Source: Candidatus Woesearchaeota archaeon (GTDB lineage Archaea > Nanobdellota > Nanobdellia > SCGC-AAA011-G17 > JAGVXY01). From it: a stretch of DNA of 41,269 bases. Location: NCBI GenBank assembly GCA_018303545.1, contig JAGVXY010000023.1, positions 1-41,269 on the forward strand, given 5' to 3'. A program made the translations under genes and the position numbers. The notes beneath the pieces were generated by a model, which had not been told where the DNA came from, did no database searches, and saw only the letters and a list, made by a program, of their open reading frames with translations. Positions within the stretch are counted from its first letter, which is position 1. Each line of letters begins with the position of its first letter. Shown here piece by piece: positions 1 through 9,175 of the stretch.

Positions 1-135
1 TGCTATGCCTTCGGTGAATTCTATAACTTGCTATATCGACAGCTAGTTCTGACAATCAACGGGGATGCCGGATGGAAAGAAATAGAGAATGATGAGATAA
101 GGAAAGGTGTGTTAGAAGAGATAAAAAAGAAGTAA
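1..135 (+). CDS. 3' end of a CDS entering from upstream of the window (product unknown)
   Basis: Frame 1 is open from base 1 to TAA at 133-135 (CYAFGEFYNLLYRQLVLTINGDAGWKEIENDEIRKGVLEEIKKK*). Too short to assign. Confidence 0.55.
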   Translation, partial: CYAFGEFYNLLYRQLVLTINGDAGWKEIENDEIRKGVLEEIKKK

Positions 136-166
136 ATATATAAAATACAAACCTATAAACTCTATT

Positions 167-808
167 ATGACCAGCAATATACTGATATTTTGCGCGCATT
201 CTGATGATGAAGCCGTAGGAATGGGCGGGACAATAGCTAAATTTGTAGACTCCGGTAAGGAAATAGTTAAAGTTGTATTTTCATTTGGAGAGAAGAGTCA
301 CCCACATTTAAAAGAAAAAGTAATAGCCAGCGCAAGAGTTGAAGAGAGCATAGAAGCAAGCGAATTTCTAGGAATAAAAGAGACCATATTCCTTGGATTG
401 GATGAATTAAAATTTGATGAAGAGATAAAAAAATTTAATATCAAAGAAAAAATCATAAAAATAATAGAAAAATATAATCCTGAAAGAATCTACACCCCTT
501 CGGAGATGGATCTGCACCCAATGAAAAATCATGAAGCGGTTTATCGCCTGATAAATGCCCTCCTGGGGAAGATGCAAAAAAAATATCCCCTATATGCCTT
601 TGAAGTTTGGGATGTTTCGAAGGCAAACAAACCTTATGTTTATGAAGACATTTCAAAATATTACAAGAAAAAAATAGCGTATATGAAAAGTTTTTCCAGC
701 CAGTGGCTTTCAATGTATGGCCTTATGCCTTCTGTTTTCTTGAGAGCAAAAAAATACGGAAGAGCTATAGGTGTAAAATATGCGGAGAGGTTTTATAAAA
801 TAAGATGA
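167..808 (+). CDS. PIG-L/LmbE family deacetylase
   Basis: ILIFCAHSDDEAVGMGGTI (HxDD metal motif), R..E...A..LG, second motif DLHPMKNH (HxDH-like, Asp replaced), C-terminal YAERFY. Confidence 0.85.
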   Translation: MTSNILIFCAHSDDEAVGMGGTIAKFVDSGKEIVKVVFSFGEKSHPHLKEKVIASARVEESIEASEFLGIKETIFLGLDELKFDEEIKKFNIKEKIIKIIEKYNPERIYTPSEMDLHPMKNHEAVYRLINALLGKMQKKYPLYAFEVWDVSKANKPYVYEDISKYYKKKIAYMKSFSSQWLSMYGLMPSVFLRAKKYGRAIGVKYAERFYKIR

Positions 809-1914
809 AACTGCTTTTTGTTGTTACAGGCGTGGGTTTAGGACATTCAACAAGAATAGATTCTATAATCAGCGCAGTGAAGGAAAAAGAAAAAGATGCA
901 GAAATAGGAATTGCCACTTTTGATACTGCTTATGATTATTTCAAGAACAAATACCCTACTACAAAAATATATGGATTAAGACTGAATGAAGGGAAATTCA
1001 AGTTCAGTCTGATAAAAACGATAATAAAAAACTGGATATTTATTCTCATATGGATGAGAACTTTTTTCATATTACTTAAACTAGTCATAAAATACAAACC
1101 AGACAGGATGGTGATTGATTTTGAACCTATGGCTGTATTAGTTGCACGATTAATGGGGATTAAACATACAATGGTCTTTAATTTTGACAGAAAACTCCTG
1201 CATGAATACAATCATGCAAAGGGATTTAATCCTGATTATTTATTACAATCCGAATATTTCATAAGAACATATGAATTGGCAAAAGGTCGAAAGATAGTCA
1301 CCTCATTCTTTAACAGAGGTATTTCAGGCAATTATATCTATGTTGAGCCCATAATAAGGGCTAATCCTGAAGCTATATGGAGACAAGGAATCTTAATGAG
1401 AAAAGCGGTGCATAAAAAACCCTTGCTAGTGATGATGGGCGGATCAAAAATCGGCAAAGATTTAGCGGAAGCGATTGGAAGAATCGCAAAAGATTTTAGC
1501 AATGAGAATTTCATAATTTTCGGAGACATAGCCATTAAACAAAAAAATGTGGAAGTGATAAAATTTGCACCTAATTTTTTGAAATATCTTTCAATATGCA
1601 AGGGAATAATAACTTTAGCCGGATTTTCAACACTTTCTGAGATACTTGCCTTCAAAAAACCTGCGCTAATATATCCTATCCCTAATTATATTGAGCAAGC
1701 GCTTAATGCGTTTGAAATTAAGAGAAGAAAACTCGCCCTAGTTAGAGAATTAAAAGAAATAAATGATAATGATATAAAAAATGATATAAAAACATTCCTA
1801 GACAATAAAGAAAAAATACAAGAAAGGTTAAATGAAATGAATGTTAAAAGCAATGGGGCTGAGCAGGCTGCGGAATTAATATTAAGAAATAAAAAAGTTA
1901 AGGAAATTATATAG
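805..1914 (+). CDS. GT-B glycosyltransferase, MJ1255-like (GT28 C-terminal domain)
   Basis: N-terminal GVGLGHSTR, IDFEP, LLVMMGGS, ITLAGFSTLSE, PIPNYIEQALNA. ATGA overlap with the PIG-L stop codon. Confidence 0.85.
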   Translation: MKLLFVVTGVGLGHSTRIDSIISAVKEKEKDAEIGIATFDTAYDYFKNKYPTTKIYGLRLNEGKFKFSLIKTIIKNWIFILIWMRTFFILLKLVIKYKPDRMVIDFEPMAVLVARLMGIKHTMVFNFDRKLLHEYNHAKGFNPDYLLQSEYFIRTYELAKGRKIVTSFFNRGISGNYIYVEPIIRANPEAIWRQGILMRKAVHKKPLLVMMGGSKIGKDLAEAIGRIAKDFSNENFIIFGDIAIKQKNVEVIKFAPNFLKYLSICKGIITLAGFSTLSEILAFKKPALIYPIPNYIEQALNAFEIKRRKLALVRELKEINDNDIKNDIKTFLDNKEKIQERLNEMNVKSNGAEQAAELILRNKKVKEII

Positions 1915-1975
1915 CTATTCAAAGCAAGTAATATTTATAAATTAATTTCTTCATCAATTAAAGGAGGCGCTTTAT

Positions 1976-3595
1976 TTGAAGACAAAATATATAGTTGTTA
2001 CAGGCGGAGTTCTTTCTGGAATTGGAAAAGGCGTAGCAACAGCATCAATAGGGAACCTGCTTTGCAAAAATTATAAAATTGTTACAGTAAAATGCGATGG
2101 CTATCTGAATATCGATCCTGGAACGATGAATCCAATAGAACATGGAGAAGTCTTTGTGCTGGATGACGGCGCTGAAGTGGATATGGATTTTGGGCATTAT
2201 GAAAGATTTATCGGAGTGAACTGCAAGAATGAATGGAATTTAACCTCTGGTAAGATATTCTCAGAGGTTTTTGAAAAAGAAAGAAGGGGGGATTATTTAG
2301 GAAGAACAGTACAGGTAATACCCCATATAACAGAGCATATAAAATCAAAGATAAAGGGAATAGCAGAAAAAGAAAAAGCTGAAGTAATGCTGATAGAAAT
2401 TGGTGGCACGGTAGGGGATATAGAAAGCTCATGGTTTGTTGAAGCTGTTAGACAGATGAAGTATGAAAAAGGAATGGAAATGATAAACGTGCATCTGACA
2501 TTCATACCCTACCTACATACAGTAGAAGAGCAAAAGACGAAACCTGCACAGAACGATATTGCCTTATTGAGAGAGAAAGGAATAAATCCAGATATCGTTA
2601 TAGGGAGATGCGAACAGGAGCTTACAGAAAAAAGCAAGAATAAATTAGCGGTTATGAGCAACCTTGATATCCGGCAGATAATAGGTGGCCGAGATGTGGC
2701 CTCAGTATATGAGGTGCCTTTGATTTTTGAAGGTGAAGGCATTTTAGAAATACTGCATGAAAAACTTTTCTCTGAAGAAAATAAAGAAGAATTCATGAAA
2801 AAGGCTAAAAACCATTTTGAAAAGTGGCAAGCATTAGTCAAAAATATCCTGCAGCCGAAGAGAAAGGTAAAGATTGCAATATGCGGAAAATATACTGGGC
2901 TGAAGGATTCTTATGCAAGCGTAATTGAGGCCTTAAGGCATGCGGGGGCAAATCTAGATGCAGGCATTGAAATAAAATGGATTGAGACTACCGAAATAGA
3001 AGAAGGTAGAATAAGCATTGAAGAGGCACTTAATGAAGTTAAAGGAGTCATAGTTCCCGGGGGCTTTGGATCGAGAGGTGTTGAAGGAAAAATTGAAGTA
3101 ATAAAGTATGCTCGGGAGAATGATATCCCTTATTTGGGGCTGTGCTATGGTATGCAATTAGCAGTAGTTGAATTTGCAAGGAATGTCTGCGAGTTTGATG
3201 ATGCAAACTCTACTGAAATAGATGAGATGACTAAATTTCCTGTTGTTTTTTTAATGCCTTCACAGAGGGACATTATAAAGAAAGGCGCAACTATGAGATT
3301 GGGCGGCAAGGATGTATTGATCAAAAATGGAACTTATGCTGAAAATATATTCAAAACAAACGGGATAAGAAGAAGATTCAGGCATAGATATGAAATAAAT
3401 CCTGAATATATAAAAGAGATTGAACATAAGGGGATGATTTTTTCTGGTATGGCAAAGAATGAAGAAATAATGCAAATTATTGAACTACCAAATCATAGAT
3501 TCTTCATGGCTTCGCAATTTCATCCTGAGTTAACTTCAAGGTTAGATAAACCTGATGAGATGTTCTATAATTTTATCAAAGAATCACTTTACTAA
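1976..3595 (+). CDS. pyrG: CTP synthase
   Basis: VTGGVLSGIGKG P-loop, DPGTMNPIEHGEVFV, IEIGGTVGDIES, glutaminase GLCYGMQ, QFHPE. TTG start. Confidence 0.98.
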   Translation: MKTKYIVVTGGVLSGIGKGVATASIGNLLCKNYKIVTVKCDGYLNIDPGTMNPIEHGEVFVLDDGAEVDMDFGHYERFIGVNCKNEWNLTSGKIFSEVFEKERRGDYLGRTVQVIPHITEHIKSKIKGIAEKEKAEVMLIEIGGTVGDIESSWFVEAVRQMKYEKGMEMINVHLTFIPYLHTVEEQKTKPAQNDIALLREKGINPDIVIGRCEQELTEKSKNKLAVMSNLDIRQIIGGRDVASVYEVPLIFEGEGILEILHEKLFSEENKEEFMKKAKNHFEKWQALVKNILQPKRKVKIAICGKYTGLKDSYASVIEALRHAGANLDAGIEIKWIETTEIEEGRISIEEALNEVKGVIVPGGFGSRGVEGKIEVIKYARENDIPYLGLCYGMQLAVVEFARNVCEFDDANSTEIDEMTKFPVVFLMPSQRDIIKKGATMRLGGKDVLIKNGTYAENIFKTNGIRRRFRHRYEINPEYIKEIEHKGMIFSGMAKNEEIMQIIELPNHRFFMASQFHPELTSRLDKPDEMFYNFIKESLY

Positions 3596-4024
3596 TCCTG
3601 TTTGCTCTTTCCCATTGCAAAGCTGGATAGAATCCTTTATGCCTATGAATGGAACAAACTTAATCTCTTTAACTTCCTGACATTCTCCCTTTGTCTCTAT
3701 ATTAAACGTTATCTTGTCCAATGGGTTGAAAATCTGGTCTACTCTGCCGATAAAACTACCTTTGACGCAAATGCCTTGAACTGCGAAACCACTGAAAGTC
3801 TTTCCCCTCGAATCTACCGTTGCAGTTATTATGGGCGAATTGAATTCAACATTTGCAAGTTCAAAGATGATGTCGCTGCAAGAGAGCAAAGCGATTTTTT
3901 GTTCTGTTTCTTCTATCCTTTTTTCTGTAAAAGAACTTGCCCATATGATAACGGATATAGTTATTGCTACTGTAAAACCTATGAGCAGGATAGTTGCTAT
4001 TAATGGTGAGATCCCATGCTTCAT
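3584..4024 (-). CDS. Archaeal type IV pilin-like protein (class III signal peptide)
   Basis: MKHG/ISPLIATILLIGFTVAITISVIIW prepilin-type N-terminus followed by a small beta-rich domain with four Cys. Confidence 0.8.
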   Translation of the reverse strand: MKHGISPLIATILLIGFTVAITISVIIWASSFTEKRIEETEQKIALLSCSDIIFELANVEFNSPIITATVDSRGKTFSGFAVQGICVKGSFIGRVDQIFNPLDKITFNIETKGECQEVKEIKFVPFIGIKDSIQLCNGKEQTGLVK

Positions 4025-4057
4025 AGAAGACTATAAAAGAAGACGCATTAAAAAAAC

Positions 4058-4927
4058 TTATGGTTTGCTTGAAAATTCCAGCAATGCATCTAGTGTAAGG
4101 AGAGGGTTAAAAACACCATATGTAGTCAGCGTCGTTCCGGTTATTTCTTCCATGACTCCCACGAGAGTTAAATGACCATTTTTTAAGGCATAAACTGGAC
4201 CACCAGAATCCCCTGGATTTATGTGATTATCTATAATATAATTGGGGTAAAGACTGGGCAGCAAAGGTTTTATAGAAACTATATGGCCTGAATTCATAGA
4301 TGGAGTTACTGCCTGCAAACATACAGGGTAGCCTAAGTTATAGACGTAATCTCCGATGTGCATGCTACTATTCTTATCTATTTTAAAAGGTATTGGCTTA
4401 ACATATTCATTTGAAGGCATACGAATCACGCCTAACTTACAAAGTGGCTCGTAATAAGAATCATTTGCTTCAAACTCCTTGTCTAGATAGGGGCTGTACA
4501 TCAAAATTTTGATAGTGGCTTTAATTTCCGGTTTTTCATTTAATCTTTTTGATTCAGCCTCAATCAAGTCAGTATATTCCTGTGTTAATGGAATTGATTT
4601 ATCAGAAACAACATGCATTGCAGTAAGGAAATAAATAAAATTATCCTTTTCCCATATAGGGGTAGCTGTACTGGATGTTTCCATGTTGGAATTAATAACT
4701 ATTTCGCCGATTGTAATTTGGAACTCTGAACTAATCTTGACTTCATATGTTGATCTCAGCGCTAGTTCTATTTCGGATTCCAGAACTTTGGTATTGCTGT
4801 TATCATAATTTATCTTTGTTTCTAAGGACTGAAGAAATGGATTTAGAATAGGCAATGGTTTTGGTCCTGATGCAATGCAACCTGAAAGAAGCAATCCGCA
4901 CAAGCTAGCAACGAGGGTTTTTTTCAT
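4058..4927 (-). CDS. Secreted trypsin-like (S1) serine protease-fold lipoprotein
   Basis: Signal MKKTLVASLCGLLLSG-C, YFLTAMHVV (His), INPGDSGGPV (Ser). The expected catalytic Asp position reads KLGVIR. Confidence 0.75.
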   Translation of the reverse strand: MKKTLVASLCGLLLSGCIASGPKPLPILNPFLQSLETKINYDNSNTKVLESEIELALRSTYEVKISSEFQITIGEIVINSNMETSSTATPIWEKDNFIYFLTAMHVVSDKSIPLTQEYTDLIEAESKRLNEKPEIKATIKILMYSPYLDKEFEANDSYYEPLCKLGVIRMPSNEYVKPIPFKIDKNSSMHIGDYVYNLGYPVCLQAVTPSMNSGHIVSIKPLLPSLYPNYIIDNHINPGDSGGPVYALKNGHLTLVGVMEEITGTTLTTYGVFNPLLTLDALLEFSSKP

Positions 4928-4960
4928 CTAAAGATTGGAGAATAATAAGAGTTAATAAAT

Positions 4961-5863
4961 TTAACGGTAAAAAGCGAGGGTTTCTTTTAAACCCTGTTCG
5001 AAATCGGTCATATTTTGGAAGCCTTTTTCTTTTAATTTTGAAATATCTGCAGCTGAATCTTTAATATCCCCTGGTCTTGAATCTGTATGGCAAATTTTAG
5101 ATTTAGAATTTGAAAGCCTAATTATCTGCTCAACCAATTTATTAATCTCAATTATTTTGCCTGAAGCTACATTGTATACTCCCTCCAAGTTTTCCATTGC
5201 AAATATATTTGCTCTTGCTATATCTTTTACAAAAATGAAATCTCTTGTTTGCTTGCCGTTGCCGTAAATTGAGATTTCTTTATTTGTTAATGCTTTAATT
5301 GCGAAAGTCGGGATTGCTGCAGCATAAGCCGAATTAGGATCCTGTCTTGGACCATAAACGTTAAAATATCTTAAGCAGCAGGTTTTCAAGTTATGCTCTT
5401 TATTGTATAAATTTGCAAAATATTCATTTGCCAATTTTGAAAATGCATAGGGGGCTTTAGGTTTCAGACGGGATGATTCTTTTTTTAACAAATCAGGCAA
5501 ATCACCATAGACTGCGGCAGAACTTGATAAGATTACTTTTTTTACATTATTTATTTTTGCTGCCTCTAAAACATTTATTGTTCCCTGGATGTTTATGTCT
5601 GAAGTCTCTTTTGGTTTCTTTATTGATTCTGGAACAGAGATTAAGGCAGCTAAATGGAAGATGTAATCCATGCCCTTTGTCAAGTCATTAACTTTTTCGA
5701 AATCTTGAATATCGGCTTTATGAAAAAAAACCTTTAAATCTTTTAGGTTTTCTCTTTTGCCCGTGAATAAGTTATCTAAAATGTGAACTTCATGATTCTC
5801 ATGCAACAATTCTGCGATATGCGAACCGATAAAACCTGCACCGCCCGTAATTAAAATTTTCAT
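4961..5863 (-). CDS. NAD-dependent nucleotide-sugar epimerase/dehydratase (extended SDR, GalE-like)
   Basis: ITGGAGFIGSH, YAFSK (YxxxK), LRYFNVYGPRQ, RDFIFVKD. Confidence 0.92.
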   Translation of the reverse strand: MKILITGGAGFIGSHIAELLHENHEVHILDNLFTGKRENLKDLKVFFHKADIQDFEKVNDLTKGMDYIFHLAALISVPESIKKPKETSDINIQGTINVLEAAKINNVKKVILSSSAAVYGDLPDLLKKESSRLKPKAPYAFSKLANEYFANLYNKEHNLKTCCLRYFNVYGPRQDPNSAYAAAIPTFAIKALTNKEISIYGNGKQTRDFIFVKDIARANIFAMENLEGVYNVASGKIIEINKLVEQIIRLSNSKSKICHTDSRPGDIKDSAADISKLKEKGFQNMTDFEQGLKETLAFYR

Positions 5864-5959
5864 TGCGCTGAGAGATTGAAACAGGTTATTTAAAGGTTGT
5901 GGAAGAGATTATACGGGGGTATCGATGGAGAGAAGCCTGATCTAAGTTAATAATATAAG

Positions 5960-6238
5960 CTAATTTTTTAATTTTTCTCTGAGATTTTCAAAATAAGACT
6001 TTGGGAAAAAACTAGCATACCATTCAAACTTTCGAGGTCTATTTAAACCCTCATTGGCTTCATTTTCAGAAACAATAATATAACTTGATCCTAGTTGCAT
6101 ATTTTGTCTTAATGCGACACCGGCATTACAATTTAACATTTTTTCATAATTCTCAATTTTGAATATAATCGCATCTACTTCATCTAATGCTCTTATCCTT
6201 TTTGGATGAATACTAATGGTATCATCTATTGTTGCCAT
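5960..6238 (-). CDS. Hypothetical protein (92 aa)
   Basis: ORF fills an otherwise empty gap. No recognised motif. Confidence 0.55.
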   Translation of the reverse strand: MATIDDTISIHPKRIRALDEVDAIIFKIENYEKMLNCNAGVALRQNMQLGSSYIIVSENEANEGLNRPRKFEWYASFFPKSYFENLREKLKN

Positions 6239-6299
6239 GTTAACCCTAAGCTAATTCTAAATTAACTCATTATTTGGGGAGTTAAAACTATATAAAAAC

Positions 6300-7163
6300 C
6301 TACCGATTCTTATCAACATATTGTTTTATAAACTTAATGTTTCCAAGACATAATTCTTCCTTAAAACCAAGATCCAATAGTTTGTCATAAGGGGGTAAGC
6401 TTCTTAACAATTCCAATTTATTATGAATAATAAAACTTATTTCATTATTCTTGTTTGTGAAATAAAATTTGGTTGCTTGAATAAAATGAGGTAATGAGTT
6501 TAAATATTTGTATGCTGCATTCCCAATTATCAAGAAAGGTGTTTCGTAAGCCCCTTTCCAATATCCCCTCTTTGATTTTTCTTCAAAAGTTTCGATAATC
6601 TTTTCTCCCTTTTCGTTGTAAAGATTGATACTTGCCTTATTTAAAAATAGATTAACAAGCCTTAATAATTCAGATTTACTGCTAAAAGCGATATCTAGTT
6701 CCCATCCTCGACTTTCCGCAATTAATGCTCCGTCAGCCTCTTCAAATTCAGCATAATTCTCTAATGGTTTAGTATATTTGGTCAAATCGATAAATTCCTT
6801 CTCTCTTAAATCTTTTATACATAGTCCAGGAAATATTTCGCCTGACTCGTCACATATTTCGAAATCTAATTCAAAAACAAAAACGCTACCCTTCTCCCTA
6901 ATGCGATTAAGAATATATTTACTAGTATAACCTAATTTTATTAAATCATATAACATGTCTCTTCTATATTCGTTTGATTCGTGACAGTTCGAAAAAGTAA
7001 CAATGCTTGTTGAAATTGGCAAACTAACGTACCAATTGTATCCCGTGATAACATTTGATTTAGAATTGTTATGGTTCTGAATCCGGATTAAATCATCTAA
7101 ACACTCAAAAATCTCATTCCTCCTTCTTTCGGATATCCAATTCAAATCATTTTTTGATACCAT
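6300..7163 (-). CDS. Hypothetical protein (287 aa)
   Basis: Long ORF in AT-rich DNA. No recognised motif. Confidence 0.7.
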   Translation of the reverse strand: MVSKNDLNWISERRRNEIFECLDDLIRIQNHNNSKSNVITGYNWYVSLPISTSIVTFSNCHESNEYRRDMLYDLIKLGYTSKYILNRIREKGSVFVFELDFEICDESGEIFPGLCIKDLREKEFIDLTKYTKPLENYAEFEEADGALIAESRGWELDIAFSSKSELLRLVNLFLNKASINLYNEKGEKIIETFEEKSKRGYWKGAYETPFLIIGNAAYKYLNSLPHFIQATKFYFTNKNNEISFIIHNKLELLRSLPPYDKLLDLGFKEELCLGNIKFIKQYVDKNR

Positions 7164-7279
7164 CCCAATTAGACAGACTTTCTCATATATAAATATTTCT
7201 ATTTGTTGCCCCTAAATAGTTGCGACAATTTACTTTTCAAAAAACCTTATAAGTACAGAAAACATAAAAATTAGATGAA

Positions 7280-8380
7280 ATGAGCAAAGTCTGTGTAAAC
7301 AATGTGGAGAAGTACGATGTTAAAGAGATTGAACATAGCATCATAGATGGATTGAGAAAAATCGGTTTTGTGATTCCTTCCGGAAAGAAAATATTAATTA
7401 AACCTAATTTACTTACTGACGCCTCGCCTTCAAAAGCTGCAACCACCCATCCTGCTGTTGTTGAAGCAATTGTTAGAGTGTTTAAAGGAAATAAAATGGT
7501 TATTGGAGATTCGCCTGGAGGAATTGCTCATGAACATTTATTTGAAAATACGGGCATGAAAAATATTTCTGAGAAATATAATATCTCTGTAAAATTATTG
7601 ACTGAAAATGTTGTGAATAAAGGATTCATGATATCTAAAGAAGCATTAGAAGCAGATTTAGTGATAAATGTCCCAAAAATGAAGACACATTCCCTCGCCT
7701 TATTCACTGGGGCTGTTAAAAATTTATTTGGCTGTGTTTCTGGCTTGGGGCAGAGAATGAAACTGCACAGAGAAAATACAGATATTCGCAAATTTTATGG
7801 GAAGTTATTCGATATACATGAAATAATAAAACCTAAATTGAATATTATGGATGCCATTATCGGCATGGAAGGAAATGGACCGGGAGATGGAACGCCTAAG
7901 AAAACAGGATATCTACTTCTAAGCAAAGATGCTGTTGCTTTAGATTTAATTGCTATGGATATTTCAGGCCTTATGAGCAAAGAATTTGTTCATGAAACCA
8001 AAAAAAGAAAATTATTTTCTGAGCCGGAAGTTATTGGGAGCTATAATAAAGTTAATTATGTAAAACCCAAAAATATATCCTATGTGATAAACCTGCCGAT
8101 AATAAAAGAAATTGTAAAGTATTCTCTTGGAAAACCGGTTGTTTTAGTTGATACTAAAAAATGCATAAAATGTTTCAGGTGCAAAGCTATATGCCCTGTA
8201 TCTGCCATTACAATTGTTAATGGATATCCTTCAATAGACAAGAAGAAATGCATACGCTGCTTCTGCTGTCATGAGGTCTGCCCAGCTTCGGCTATTTGGA
8301 TCAAAAATCCTTTTATTTTTAGGTTTGTTTCTAATTTGAAGAAATTGTTGTTTAAACGAAAATTGTTGTTTAAACGATAG
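7280..8380 (+). CDS. DUF362 domain protein with C-terminal 2x[4Fe-4S] ferredoxin domain
   Basis: ILIKPNLL, TTHPAVV, GDSPG, INVPKMKTH, GAVKNLFG, DAIIGMEGNGP. Two CxxCxxCxxxCP motifs (CIKCFRCKAICP, CIRCFCCHEVCP). Confidence 0.9.
   Translation: MSKVCVNNVEKYDVKEIEHSIIDGLRKIGFVIPSGKKILIKPNLLTDASPSKAATTHPAVVEAIVRVFKGNKMVIGDSPGGIAHEHLFENTGMKNISEKYNISVKLLTENVVNKGFMISKEALEADLVINVPKMKTHSLALFTGAVKNLFGCVSGLGQRMKLHRENTDIRKFYGKLFDIHEIIKPKLNIMDAIIGMEGNGPGDGTPKKTGYLLLSKDAVALDLIAMDISGLMSKEFVHETKKRKLFSEPEVIGSYNKVNYVKPKNISYVINLPIIKEIVKYSLGKPVVLVDTKKCIKCFRCKAICPVSAITIVNGYPSIDKKKCIRCFCCHEVCPASAIWIKNPFIFRFVSNLKKLLFKRKLLFKR
8342..8377 (+). repeat. Perfect 18-bp tandem duplication at the 3' end of the DUF362 gene
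   Basis: AAATTGTTGTTTAAACGA x2, giving KLLFKR-KLLFKR just before TAG. Confidence 0.95.
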
Positions 8381-8533
8381 AGCGTTTAATGCTTGGATTC
8401 TTACGTTCTAAATATGGATTAATGGTGGTTTAAGGCTTGTTGTAGCCACTCTTTAGAGACAACAAACCGAAAAGTATATAAATAGGCTCGGCTTAATGAT
8501 AGTAAATTCATGGTTATAAGGAGGAAACTTAAA

Positions 8534-9136
8534 ATGCCAGACGAAAAATTAGGATTATACGATCAGTGGAAGGATAACAAAGGCGTTGCCAGCGAAAAGA
8601 TGACTGAGCTAGAAAACCAGTATGATTTTTTGAGAGCAGATAGTTATATCAAATTGTTAACGAAATTGAAGGAAGGCGTGGATGGAAAAGCGATAATAAA
8701 GAAAGCCGACTTTGGAAAATTGCTTGATGATATGATAGACGATATATACAGCAAGTTAGGAACTACTGGTGATGATGATAGCAATTATCTATTTAAAGAA
8801 ATAGTATATGAACTTTCACAGGTAGATGCAATCAAAGAAAAGATTGCTAGTGGTGCTAAACTAGAAGATGTTATAAAGGCTGTAACTCAAGGTGTTGGGG
8901 CCATTGAGCAGTTTACACAGTCTAAATTGTTTGTAAAATACCAATTAACTAGCATTAAAGACGAAAAAGATCAAGAGAAAGCACTCGCAGAGGGTAAAAA
9001 ATACTATAAAGAATGGGCCAAAGAATTAAAAATAGAAGATGAAGACATTGAAAAGGTACTTAGGGATGCGTTTGATGTAAAGAAACTTGCCCAAAAGTAT
9101 TTCGCCTTATGGCTAAAGAAAGAGAAAAAAGAATAA
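8534..9136 (+). CDS. Hypothetical charged, alpha-helical protein
   Basis: ORF track starts at 8510, but GGAGG at ~8520-8524 favours ATG 8534 (MPDEK). K/E/D-rich with no motif. Confidence 0.75.
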   Translation: MPDEKLGLYDQWKDNKGVASEKMTELENQYDFLRADSYIKLLTKLKEGVDGKAIIKKADFGKLLDDMIDDIYSKLGTTGDDDSNYLFKEIVYELSQVDAIKEKIASGAKLEDVIKAVTQGVGAIEQFTQSKLFVKYQLTSIKDEKDQEKALAEGKKYYKEWAKELKIEDEDIEKVLRDAFDVKKLAQKYFALWLKKEKKE

Positions 9137-9146
9137 GGATTAACCC

Positions 9147-9168
9147 TTGTTTTTTTAATTTTTTATTT
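9147..9168 (+). terminator. Possible archaeal T-rich terminator
   Basis: T-tracts (TTGTTTTTTTAATTTTTTATTT) immediately after the stop at 9136. Confidence 0.35.
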
Positions 9169-9175
9169 AATTATA

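Noticed and set aside
3602-4003. 133-aa plus-strand ORF antisense to the pilin gene (similarly 18928-19392, 11123-11470, 30555-30950, 33166-33558 and other short track ORFs)
   Set aside because: These are shadow frames lying opposite or inside well-supported genes, with no motifs and atypical composition.
5890-5945. Purine/GC-richer patch upstream of the epimerase gene as a mobile-element end or small RNA
   Set aside because: No matching second copy, inverted repeat partner or stable fold was found by eye.
8381-8509. Possible structured ncRNA or riboswitch in the intergenic gap (GTGGTT...AGCCAC hairpin)
   Set aside because: Only a short imperfect stem. No tRNA, SRP RNA or riboswitch consensus recognised. 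At most a terminator.
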